Source: a virus. From it: DNA of 34,303 nt. This document shows, piece by piece, positions 1 to 6,147 of this stretch. The stretch lies in the IMG/VR virus record IMGVR_UViG_3300005647_000015; one strand, given 5' to 3'. The notes below the pieces were generated by a model, which was not told where the DNA came from, did not search any database, and saw only the letters and a list, made by a program, of their open reading frames with translations. The stretch's first letter is position 1. The number at the start of each line of letters is the position of its first letter. The position numbers were made by a program, and so were the translations under genes.

Positions 1-90
1 AATTCCTTAACTGCATTACCTTGCAATCCATCTACTGGGCTATCATCTTCAAGAATAGATAAACCTAGTGAAGATAAAATAGCTCTTCTC
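1..90. repeat. Terminal direct repeat, copy 1. It is identical to 34214..34303 and marks the closure overlap of a circular or circularly permuted genome.
   Basis: Compared base by base: nt 1-90 (aattccttaactgcatt...aatagctcttctc) equal nt 34214-34303, 90/90. The repeat lies inside one continuous minus-strand reading frame. Confidence 0.95.
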
Positions 91-533
91 TTTGCCTTTG
101 TAATGCATTTCATTTCAGCATTCGCGCGGTCTTGACTTGTAATGCCGCCCATAAACAATTTTCCTACATCATCTGTAAATTGACCATTAGGAAATGTTGC
201 ACGCACCCTAACTGTTTTAATCATAGAATCAGTATCATAATGCTCTTCCATGATTTGGATTGTTAGTTTATTTTTACGAGCTAAAGAAAATGCAGCTTCT
301 GCTGTTGCATATAAAACAGTTTTTCCCCTCATTGAAATAAATCTAAATGGATTTAACACTAATGGAATCTCTAAAGAATCGCACATGTGTTTAATGAATC
401 TCATTCTGTCATCTTCACTGACCTTATCCCAATTTCCAGCCATTGAAGCCTTTACGGCTGCTGCTGGTAAAGCTCTTTGAGCTGCTTTTTTAATTTCCTG
501 TGCTTGCTTTATTACTTCTAAATTTTCAGCCAT
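1..533 (-). CDS. Single-strand annealing protein (RecT/Red-beta-like), N-terminal 177 codons. The gene continues across the circular junction into 33985..34213, about 253 aa in total.
   Basis: ATG at 533..531. The ORF is missing from the ORF track because it runs off the window edge. Hand translation: MAENLEVIKQAQEIKKAAQRALPAAAVKASMAGNWDKVSEDDRMRFIKHMCDSLEIPLVLNPFRFISMRGKTVLYATAEAAFSLARKNKL...SQDRANAEMKCITKAKRRAILSSLGLSILEDDSPVDGLQGNAVKE. The 'NPF' segment, the 'G..v.y.t.eaa..lA' segment and the C-terminal 'A..K...KA.RRA....LG' helix resemble Bet/RecT-type annealing proteins. The frame joins exactly to the 33985..34239 ORF (..LQGNAVKELVKT..). Confidence 0.6.
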   Translation of the reverse strand, partial: MAENLEVIKQAQEIKKAAQRALPAAAVKASMAGNWDKVSEDDRMRFIKHMCDSLEIPLVLNPFRFISMRGKTVLYATAEAAFSLARKNKLTIQIMEEHYDTDSMIKTVRVRATFPNGQFTDDVGKLFMGGITSQDRANAEMKCITKAKRRAILSSLGLSILEDDSPVDGLQGNAVKE

Positions 534-537
534 CTTA

Positions 538-1233
538 CTACCCTACAATCGGTTTTGATTTTTTAATAAACTTAATACCTGCTATTTCTATTGGCTCTTT
601 GCCGTATGATTTTGCGATAGCATTTATTTTCTTCTCATTTAGTGTGTAGTAACTAACAGGAATGAGGGCCTTGTTTTCTATTTCCCAGTCATAATAAGTC
701 ATTTGACCTATAGTGCCTTCACTAGTTCGGATTGTTTGCTTTGCTACTATTGGTTTGTTTGCAATGCGTTCTGAGTTTTTGCTTAACTCTTTTGATTTTT
801 CAAGAGCTGTAATTGATCCAGTTTCAATAGCTAATTGCTTTTCTTCTTTAGCTTTTGCTTCTAATTCTTTTACTTGCTTTTCTCTTTCAATTCTTGCTTG
901 TTCATCAACTATAGCTTGCTGTTTATCCCAGTAAGCACCTAATTTACTTCTAAGGTTTTTATCTACTGATTCTAAAGGCTGTAAAGCACCTCTAATCATA
1001 GCTTCAAAATTTTTAATCCCTTCTTTAATAGGGCCTGTAACGCTGGTTCTTGCTGCTACTATCTTCTTTTTTCTATCTGAAATTAATTTTAGATAAGCCC
1101 CAACTGTTTGAGCATCGTTTTCATTCTCAACTTCTTTTGATTCAAACTTATATAATTCTCTAAGATCTAATAACTGTTTATCTATTTCTAATTTTTGATT
1201 TATCTGTACTGGTTCCATGTATTTTCCCTTCAT
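538..1233 (-). CDS. Coiled-coil protein of the recombination module (DUF1351/Gp157/Mu-Gam-like class). Its function is uncertain.
   Basis: 231-aa ORF ending 5 nt before the annealing-protein ATG. It has a long charged helical centre (AIVDEQARIEREKQVKELEAKAKEEKQLA). The true start is probably ATG 1218 (MEPVQINQ..), preceded by AAGGGA; ATG 1233 has no RBS. A promoter lies at 1253..1281. Confidence 0.5.
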   Translation of the reverse strand: MKGKYMEPVQINQKLEIDKQLLDLRELYKFESKEVENENDAQTVGAYLKLISDRKKKIVAARTSVTGPIKEGIKNFEAMIRGALQPLESVDKNLRSKLGAYWDKQQAIVDEQARIEREKQVKELEAKAKEEKQLAIETGSITALEKSKELSKNSERIANKPIVAKQTIRTSEGTIGQMTYYDWEIENKALIPVSYYTLNEKKINAIAKSYGKEPIEIAGIKFIKKSKPIVG

Positions 1234-1252
1234 GTGAATAATTTATATTATC

Positions 1253-1281
1253 TTTATACACACTAGGGGCGCTTTTGTCAA
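1253..1281 (-). promoter_or_regulatory. Sigma70-type promoter, TTGACA-N17-TATAAA.
   Basis: Minus strand reads TTGACAaaagcgcccctagtgtgTATAAA. The -35 is at 1281..1276 and the -10 at 1258..1253, with an exact 17-nt spacer. The spacer ends in AGTGTG, as in the promoters at 32124..32152 and 30782..30810. Confidence 0.6.
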
Positions 1282-1393
1282 TAGGTTTTAAAAGGCTCGC
1301 ATTAACTTTGTAAGACTCTACAAAGTCTCTACCTAGCTTGCCTATTATTAATATATGCTTTTTCATATTTACACACTCGGAATGTTTTTTTAT

Positions 1394-1540
1394 TTACTTT
1401 TTACAGCTTTCATAAGTTTTGCCTGTTATTGTTTCAAAAGCTGTCTTTTCTGCTTCTTCTCTAGACATTCCGCCCTCAAACTCCATAATGGCTGCACGTT
1501 CTTCATACTCTTCTTTTTGAGCCTCACTTATGAACACCAT
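1394..1540 (-). CDS. Small 48-aa protein carrying the conserved phage motif ERAAIMEFEGGMSREEAE.
   Basis: Hand-translated from ATG 1540 to TAA 1394: MVFISEAQKEEYEERAAIMEFEGGMSREEAEKTAFETITGKTYESCKK. It is below the ORF-track size cut-off. The 'ERAAI.E(F/Y).GG.SR.EAE' motif recurs in phage and plasmid replication-region proteins. It fills a gap otherwise covered only by a plus-strand shadow ORF. Confidence 0.5.
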   Translation of the reverse strand: MVFISEAQKEEYEERAAIMEFEGGMSREEAEKTAFETITGKTYESCKK

Positions 1541-1563
1541 GCTATGATAAATAGTATCACTCA

Positions 1564-2055
1564 CTAATTAAGCTCTTTTAATGGTTTGTTTATCGCTATA
1601 TACTCTTCTAGTAATTCATGTTTTGTTGATAGCGCTTCGAACGCTTTTACATAGTCTTTACACAGCCAGTGTAGATTGTTTTGTGAAGCAGCACCCAATG
1701 ACCTAAGGCCACCTATACAACGTAAAGCTTGTTTTTCTAAATCTGCTAAGTGGTCTATGTTTGCATTACTTCCAATTCTTTGAATTATCTTCATGATTCG
1801 ATTAAACGACTCAACACCATAAATTTCTTTATTACCTTTGATAAATTTTAGAAGTTGAAAAGGTAAAGGAAAAAACCTCCATACGTCTTTAGTATCTTTT
1901 AAACCCATTTTAAAAGCGCGCTTAATTTCTTCTATAGTGCAATCATCTAAGGCATCTGCTGTGATCTCTAATCTTTCTGCTGTTATATTTTGATCATGTG
2001 GAAAAGCGTTTGCATAAAAATTAAGCGTCTTTAGTATTTCATTTTTTTTGCTCAT
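1564..2055 (-). CDS. Replication-module protein, possibly a helicase-loader-like (G39P-type) factor.
   Basis: 163-aa ORF that overlaps the upstream gene by 17 nt. The pattern 'EEIKRAFKMGLKDTKDVWRFFPLPFQLLKFI' and its position next to the Phg_2220_C-type protein suggest a replication accessory role. The similarity is weak. Confidence 0.35.
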   Translation of the reverse strand: MSKKNEILKTLNFYANAFPHDQNITAERLEITADALDDCTIEEIKRAFKMGLKDTKDVWRFFPLPFQLLKFIKGNKEIYGVESFNRIMKIIQRIGSNANIDHLADLEKQALRCIGGLRSLGAASQNNLHWLCKDYVKAFEALSTKHELLEEYIAINKPLKELN

Positions 2056-2599
2056 TTTTTTCTCTTTCTTCAGATAACGCTATAGCTAGTTTTAAACGTG
2101 CTTGGCTTTTCTCGTGTCTTTGTTTTGCTTCATTGTATTGCTGATCATATGCCGTAATAGGTTTTGAACACCATTTATCAAGCCGCTCTCTTTTACCGAA
2201 AAGATACTCTATCCCATTATGTTTAGCCCTATCTTTGAAAGAATCGTTTCTAAAGGCTTTCACAGCGTTTAAAGCTTCTTCATATGAATAAGACGTTATA
2301 GCCTCTTTTATCCATTTTTTGCGTTGCGGTGTTAATTGGTACTTATTTGGGTTTTTATTCCATGACATGCAATATTCTTTAAAAATATCAAATTCAGGTC
2401 CAGTTTGCGATTTTGTGCAAATTGCCTTTGTAACTTCTTTAGATGACGCGACAGCTTTCTTGATGGTCATTTGATGGTCATTTGATAAATAAGAAAGTAA
2501 GGCCATTTTGACAATTCTTGTCTTAGTTGAATAAGTCTCTTTTACATGAGCATTTAGCATAGCTGCTAAATCCTTTTCTAGATTGATATGTAGTCTCAT
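2039..2599 (-). CDS. Ribbon-helix-helix DNA-binding domain fused to a 'phage conserved C-terminus' (Phg_2220_C-like) replication/regulatory domain.
   Basis: N-terminus MRLHINLEKDLAAMLNAHVKETYSTKTRIVKMALLSYL has a beta-strand plus two helices, the RHH pattern. C-terminus QLTPQRKKWIKEAITSYSYEEALNAVKAFRNDSFKDRAKHNGIEYLFGKRERLDKW matches the 'lT..R...I......y..e.....i......w.......yl....LFg....f..w' pattern of DnaD-associated phage proteins. I prefer ATG 2599 over the track start at 2635, which lies inside the operator repeats. Confidence 0.55.
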   Translation of the reverse strand: MRLHINLEKDLAAMLNAHVKETYSTKTRIVKMALLSYLSNDHQMTIKKAVASSKEVTKAICTKSQTGPEFDIFKEYCMSWNKNPNKYQLTPQRKKWIKEAITSYSYEEALNAVKAFRNDSFKDRAKHNGIEYLFGKRERLDKWCSKPITAYDQQYNEAKQRHEKSQARLKLAIALSEEREKNEQKK

Positions 2600-2600
2600 A

Positions 2601-2646
2601 TACACATTTATACACATCTTTGTGCATAAGTACACATTTATGTGTA
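2601..2646. promoter_or_regulatory. Operator-like array: two 16-bp palindromes plus one half-site, directly upstream of the RHH gene.
   Basis: TACACA half-site at 2601..2606. TACACAtcttTGTGCA at 2611..2626. TACACAtttaTGTGTA at 2631..2646. The palindrome centres are 20 bp apart. A TATAAA hexamer (minus strand, 2612..2607) sits 7 nt before ATG 2599. Confidence 0.55.
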
Positions 2647-2652
2647 TTTACT

Positions 2653-3297
2653 TTAAAAACTCAAGACACCTTGTGAAAGTCTTTTGATAGCAACATCACA
2701 GTAATTTTTATTCTTTTCGATTCCTATCGCTTTTCTGTTTAATTGTTTAGCTGCTAAAAGTGTTGTTCCTGAACCCATAAAAGGATCTAAAATTAAATCA
2801 CTAAATCCTTCTTTATCAGCTTTTAAAATACACCACTTCATTAAATCAAGGGGTTTTTGTGTAGGGTGAAACCTTTCTTCTTTGCCTTTTCTTAACATGC
2901 CATGCCACATATGTTTATACATTCTGACGGCCATTTTTAAATTAGTCCAAGCAAGTTCGCAGTCTGCAAAATCTGTCGCCCCATTTACTTTATCCCAAAC
3001 AAACCAACACGGCGAGGGAGGTAAATTATAATAATTACCCCCAAAAATTACACTTTTTTTACTTAGCTTTATAAAATCATTTATTGTTTCAATGTCTATT
3101 GTTTGATTATCCCAATCACTAACGCCGTAATCTTTACTTATTGCAAACTTGCCTCTTGATTTATTTTTACCATTTGCTTCACCTATCCCATAAGGTGGGT
3201 CAGTTAAAAATAAATCTACATTTTTTATTTCACCCAATACATCTACACAATTATTATTGTAAATTACTGTGTAATCATCCTGATAGTAAGGTTTCAT
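2653..3297 (-). CDS. Orphan beta-class DNA methyltransferase (N6-adenine type, or N4-cytosine).
   Basis: Motif IV DPPYGIG lies near the N-terminus (..LFLTDPPYGIGEANG..). Motif I lies near the C-terminus (..ILDPFMGSGTTLLAAKQLNRKAIGIEKN..). The IV-then-I order defines the beta class. No restriction endonuclease gene is adjacent. Confidence 0.85.
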   Translation of the reverse strand: MKPYYQDDYTVIYNNNCVDVLGEIKNVDLFLTDPPYGIGEANGKNKSRGKFAISKDYGVSDWDNQTIDIETINDFIKLSKKSVIFGGNYYNLPPSPCWFVWDKVNGATDFADCELAWTNLKMAVRMYKHMWHGMLRKGKEERFHPTQKPLDLMKWCILKADKEGFSDLILDPFMGSGTTLLAAKQLNRKAIGIEKNKNYCDVAIKRLSQGVLSF

Positions 3298-3795
3298 TTA
3301 TTTCAAAACCCCTGCGCCTTGTAATTCTTCCAACGCTTGTTGTGCTATTTCTTGTGTTGCAAAGCAAACCACACCCAAAGGAACACTACTAACCGAACCA
3401 GCCACCCTGTAATCGTTTAAATAAATATCGTAAAGAATCGCATACTTTTCACAATCTTCAGTTATAAACTCTTGTTTCCATCCCTTAGGATTTAACCTCT
3501 TTGCACACTCCCAAAGTGCTCTTTGTATCTTTTGCTTTTCTATTAAGTCGCTTAGGTTCCATGAGTTAGGGAAAACAATGTAATTATTTATTAGGCATTC
3601 AAAATCTTCTTTATACTGTATTGAATTAGGTGCATAACTAACAGCCTGACCATCTTCGCCGAAAATTTGAAAACCATCTTCATTTTCAGGAATCCAACGG
3701 CCACCATTTTGCTCTTTTTTTGTTAGCTTCTCTAAAGCCTTTGTGTTTTCTTCTATGGACTTGATTAATTCTTTTATCTTTTGTTCTTTATTCAT
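3298..3795 (-). CDS. Hypothetical protein.
   Basis: 165-aa ORF whose stop abuts the methyltransferase ATG. No recognisable motif. Confidence 0.6.
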   Translation of the reverse strand: MNKEQKIKELIKSIEENTKALEKLTKKEQNGGRWIPENEDGFQIFGEDGQAVSYAPNSIQYKEDFECLINNYIVFPNSWNLSDLIEKQKIQRALWECAKRLNPKGWKQEFITEDCEKYAILYDIYLNDYRVAGSVSSVPLGVVCFATQEIAQQALEELQGAGVLK

Positions 3796-4009
3796 CTCTT
3801 AACTCTTTTGCTTTTAACTCTAACTCTATGACAACATCTTCTTTATGGTGGATGTTAAGGCAACTAAGGATGTCATCTTCACACTGCAAAGCCATTGCTT
3901 TTTTTATAGCATCCTTTAATAAGGTATAGGTTCTATCTGGATAGATACTCAATTCAACCATTAACTTTACAACTATTTCATCAACAGGATTTAACTTTTC
4001 ATCATTCAT
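3788..4009 (-). CDS. Hypothetical small protein.
   Basis: 73-aa ORF. Its ATG overlaps the end of the upstream mini-ORF (GATGAATGA). Confidence 0.55.
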   Translation of the reverse strand: MNDEKLNPVDEIVVKLMVELSIYPDRTYTLLKDAIKKAMALQCEDDILSCLNIHHKEDVVIELELKAKELRDE

Positions 4010-4124
4010 CTTCTTCTACCAACGTATAACAAGAACAAATTGGAGCATCTTCGCTTATTGGTTCGTCACAATCATCACAAAACCCACGCTCTATTTGAAT
4101 ATACCAATCTGCTAATTCACCCAT
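4002..4124 (-). CDS. 40-aa Cys-rich mini-protein (CxxC...CxC, zinc-ribbon-like).
   Basis: Hand-translated: MGELADWYIQIERGFCDDCDEPISEDAPICSCYTLVEEDE. Its ATG overlaps the stop of the upstream gene (ATGGGTGA), and its stop overlaps the next ATG. This fills an otherwise unexplained 107-nt gap. Confidence 0.45.
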   Translation of the reverse strand: MGELADWYIQIERGFCDDCDEPISEDAPICSCYTLVEEDE

Positions 4125-4362
4125 TGTTTTTGTGTCCATATTTTTTAAGCCAAAAATTACATTGATTTTTTATAACATTAATATTCGTATTGCTCTCTAC
4201 CGTATCGATCAATGAATGGGCGTGTTTTCTAGCTTCTTGCAATGTTTCAATTTCTTTGAGCATTTCTTCAAAATATAATGAAGCAAATAACGCAACTACA
4301 TGAGAATCTTTTTTCTTAGTCATTTTTTTATATGTTTCTTTTAGTTTTTCTAAATCATTCAT
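4117..4362 (-). CDS. Small paralog 3 of a three-member tandem family.
   Basis: Shares NDLEKLKE, KEIETLQEARK and FWLKKYG with 4355..4609. ATG 4362 follows GGGAGTGAAG and overlaps the upstream stop (ATGAATGA). The track start at 4374 is a TTG. Confidence 0.6.
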   Translation of the reverse strand: MNDLEKLKETYKKMTKKKDSHVVALFASLYFEEMLKEIETLQEARKHAHSLIDTVESNTNINVIKNQCNFWLKKYGHKNNG

Positions 4363-4609
4363 CTTCACTCCCAAACTTTTCTAGCCAAATACTTGGCTGA
4401 CTACTATAATCAACATCATCATTAAGTACGTTGATAATCTTTTCTGCTTCTTTCTTAGCCTCTCTTAGCGTTTCAATCTCTTTGATAAGTTTAGGCATTT
4501 CAGTTAATGCTATTGTTCCTAAATGGTGTGTGTTTTCAAAATCAGACCTTTCATCGCCAGCCAACATTAAATCAAAAATACTTTCTTTTAACTTCTCTAA
4601 ATCAATCAT
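4355..4609 (-). CDS. Small paralog 2 of a three-member tandem family.
   Basis: IDLEKLKE ... KEIETLREAKKEAEKI ... IWLEKFG. ATG 4609 is preceded by GAGGGGTAAGTG. Confidence 0.6.
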   Translation of the reverse strand: MIDLEKLKESIFDLMLAGDERSDFENTHHLGTIALTEMPKLIKEIETLREAKKEAEKIINVLNDDVDYSSQPSIWLEKFGSEDE

Positions 4610-4612
4610 CAC

Positions 4613-4834
4613 TTACCCCTCAAAATACTTATTAATCCACACTTGCAAAATTGCCTTAACTACTAACGGCGTACTTTCTTCATTGTTAATCGCTTCAATG
4701 CGTTCCTTAGCCTCACTTAATGCTTTCACCACTTCTTTAAAATTAAACTGATCACACTTAACAACATGATGAACACCTTTTTTATCCATGTAACTAACTG
4801 GTTGAATTTGTTTAAGTTTTTTTAAGTTAATCAC
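4613..4834 (-). CDS. Small paralog 1, the most divergent of the three-member tandem family.
   Basis: INLKKLKQ ... KALSEAKERIEAI ... VWINKYFEG. GTG start at 4834, overlapping the TGA of a possible upstream mini-ORF (GTGA). Confidence 0.5.
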   Translation of the reverse strand: MINLKKLKQIQPVSYMDKKGVHHVVKCDQFNFKEVVKALSEAKERIEAINNEESTPLVVKAILQVWINKYFEG

Positions 4835-4914
4835 TTTTTTTTGCTTTCTTCATACATACACAACACATTAACTAATGCTATAAACAGACACAAAATTGAT
4901 AAGATTGTAAGCAT
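4831..4914 (-). CDS. Possible 27-aa hydrophobic mini-protein.
   Basis: Hand-translated: MLTILSILCLFIALVNVLCMYEESKKK. It starts 5 nt after the HNH-like stop, and its TGA overlaps the GTG start of the next gene. It could be a chance ORF. Confidence 0.25.
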   Translation of the reverse strand: MLTILSILCLFIALVNVLCMYEESKKK

Positions 4915-4918
4915 TTTT

Positions 4919-5413
4919 TTAACTTGTTATTCTCATTTGTTCACCTGTAATTTTTCTTCTAATGACAGTTTTTTTTCTTTCAACTTTTTTTTTAAAGTTT
5001 TTTTTTAAAGTAATAGGCTTTTTAGTTTCTAAAGGTAAACGCCCTACTCTCTTAAAAAAGTTTCTTCTTTTCCAGTATAAATCACCAATTGAATGCATAA
5101 ATACTGTTTCGTATTTTTGCGTTATCCATAGGTGAGCAGGATTTACACACCAAGGATTGCAACACTCCAACCACACTTGCGAACCTTCTTTTTTTTCTTC
5201 TTTAAAAAACAATTCGCAAACTATCGTTTTCCACATCACCCGTTTTTTTTTATACTTTGTTATTGGGTAATAACTTTTGTTTATTGTTTGTGGTGTTGAC
5301 TCCCAACACTCACTTACATCATTAAACCATCTTTTTTTTTGTAACTTATCTAAGTTTAACTTTTTTTTTATTAGTTCAAATACTTCTGATTCTGTTATTT
5401 GCTTATTTTCCAT
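4919..5413 (-). CDS. HNH_3-like (homing-endonuclease-like) protein. Its catalytic residues do not appear to be conserved.
   Basis: The signature ..SQVWLECCNPWCVNPAHLWITQ.. matches the 'H.C.N..CvNP.HL' zinc-knuckle of phage HNH_3 proteins. Leu/Glu occupy the position of the first His, and no downstream Asn motif is present. It has a very basic K/R-rich tail, and the gene is full of A-homopolymer runs. Confidence 0.5.
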   Translation of the reverse strand: MENKQITESEVFELIKKKLNLDKLQKKRWFNDVSECWESTPQTINKSYYPITKYKKKRVMWKTIVCELFFKEEKKEGSQVWLECCNPWCVNPAHLWITQKYETVFMHSIGDLYWKRRNFFKRVGRLPLETKKPITLKKNFKKKVERKKTVIRRKITGEQMRITS

Positions 5414-5461
5414 TTAGGGTCTTAACTCTCTCTTGTTCTTATTAAGTAATACTCTTATGTT

Positions 5462-5603
5462 ATCCCAATGAGTTTCGGGGCACGGTAAGGCTACTTTACC
5501 CTTTCAAGCTTTAAAGCTATGAACAGTTAAAGTTAAAACCCTTGTAAGTCGATTTAACCTATTGGTTAAGTCATCCCAATTGAGACCGAGACACGTACAA
5601 GGC
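5462..5603. repeat. Imperfect direct repeat of about 30 bp, in two copies about 110 bp apart (iteron-like).
   Basis: Copy 1 at 5462..5491: atcccaatgagtttcggggcacggtaaggc. Copy 2 at 5573..5603: atcccaattgagaccgagacacgtacaaggc. They share ATCCCAAT(T)GAG...CACG.TA.AAGGC, roughly three quarters identical by eye. Confidence 0.5.
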
Positions 5604-5625
5604 ATACACTTCGCAGTATGCGCCC

Positions 5626-5681
5626 TCATTAAAATAAAACTAATTAACTCTTTAAAACATGCACGCATGGCTTTAATTAGT
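5626..5681 (-). terminator. Candidate intrinsic terminator hairpin, which might end the late operon.
   Basis: 9-bp stem ACTAATTAA (5639..5647) / TTAATTAGT (5673..5681) enclosing the mini-palindrome CATGCGTGCATG. On the minus strand it is followed by TTTTATTTTAAT. The stem is AT-rich and the loop is large, so function is uncertain. Confidence 0.3.
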
Positions 5682-5835
5682 CTTTTGCTTGTGAAATTTA
5701 ACAGAAATGTTATGTTAGAATTTCAAAATGCAAAATGAACCTAACGCAAACACAAGGGGTTCGTCAAATGAAAAATTTGATTACTTGTGTTTATCCACTT
5801 CCTTTAAATAATGTGAATTAAAGTTACTTTTTAAG

Positions 5836-6147
5836 TTATTGATTTTTATTATAAATATGAATTATTTGTAAAAGATCTTCATTTTTATCTTTGCAAGTTT
5901 CAAAATTATTATAGATCTTTTTTGATGTTTCTAAATGGTTTTTTATAATTGGATATATTTCTTCTTTGGTTATTTCATCATATTCAAAGCAGCCTACAGG
6001 CTTTCCAAGCTTACATTTGTATAAATGATTAGGAATTTTTATTGGGATCTGGACTGTGTTTGGTTGCTTCTTCAAACAGCCTTGAAAGAGTATCAATATC
6101 ATCAAGGGTGCTAATGTATTGTTTACGTTTTTGTATTTCGCTTTCAC
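5836..6147 (-). CDS. o-spanin-like outer-membrane lipoprotein, overlapped with the i-spanin gene.
   Basis: N-terminus MKAKYKNVNNTLAPLMILILFQGC has a hydrophobic signal ending in a lipobox-like FQGC. It starts inside the 6029..6319 gene in another frame and extends beyond it, the overlapped Rz/Rz1 architecture. At 103 aa it is long for an o-spanin. An alternative start is M16 (position 6102). Confidence 0.5.
   Translation of the reverse strand: MKAKYKNVNNTLAPLMILILFQGCLKKQPNTVQIPIKIPNHLYKCKLGKPVGCFEYDEITKEEIYPIIKNHLETSKKIYNNFETCKDKNEDLLQIIHIYNKNQ

Larger units (their letters stand above)
5414..5835. other. ORF-free, locally GC-enriched, hairpin-dense intergenic region. It may be a replication origin, a structured RNA or a packaging/regulatory region.
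   Basis: No ORF of 60 aa or more on either strand across 422 nt, in an otherwise gap-free genome. It contains multiple stems: GCATAC-N8-GTATGC at about 5603..5622, TTAACC-N3-GGTTAA at about 5555..5569, GGTAA-N7-TTACC at about 5484..5500, and the palindrome AGCTTTAAAGCT at 5507..5518. It also holds an imperfect 30-bp direct repeat and an AT-rich tract. Confidence 0.5.

Noticed and set aside
1-90. Terminal repeat interpreted as a true phage DTR, an LTR or a mobile-element end.
   Set aside because: The repeat interrupts a single continuous ORF and has no flanking inverted repeats or target duplications. An assembly overlap of a circular or permuted genome is the simplest reading. Read-level data are needed to be certain.
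1178-1366. Minus-strand 62-aa ORF (MKKHILIIGKLGRDF..).
   Set aside because: It has no RBS. It contains the TTGACA-N17-TATAAA promoter within its coding sequence, and it overlaps the downstream gene by 56 nt. The region is more simply an intergenic regulatory region.
5700-5770. Promoter-like hexamers in the ORF-free island: TTGACG-N17-TTAGGT, and TTGCAT with TAACAT at a 15-nt spacing.
   Set aside because: The -10 elements or spacing are poor compared with the three clear promoters elsewhere. These are likely chance matches in AT-rich DNA.
5414-5835. Confident call of a group I intron (plus HNH homing endonuclease), or of a tRNA/tmRNA, in the ORF-free island.
   Set aside because: I could not identify an interrupted host gene with matching exon frames, a convincing P7/P3 core, or any cloverleaf with a T-loop (the GGTTCG at about 5756 lacks a complementary stem). 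It is kept only as a hypothesis in the findings.
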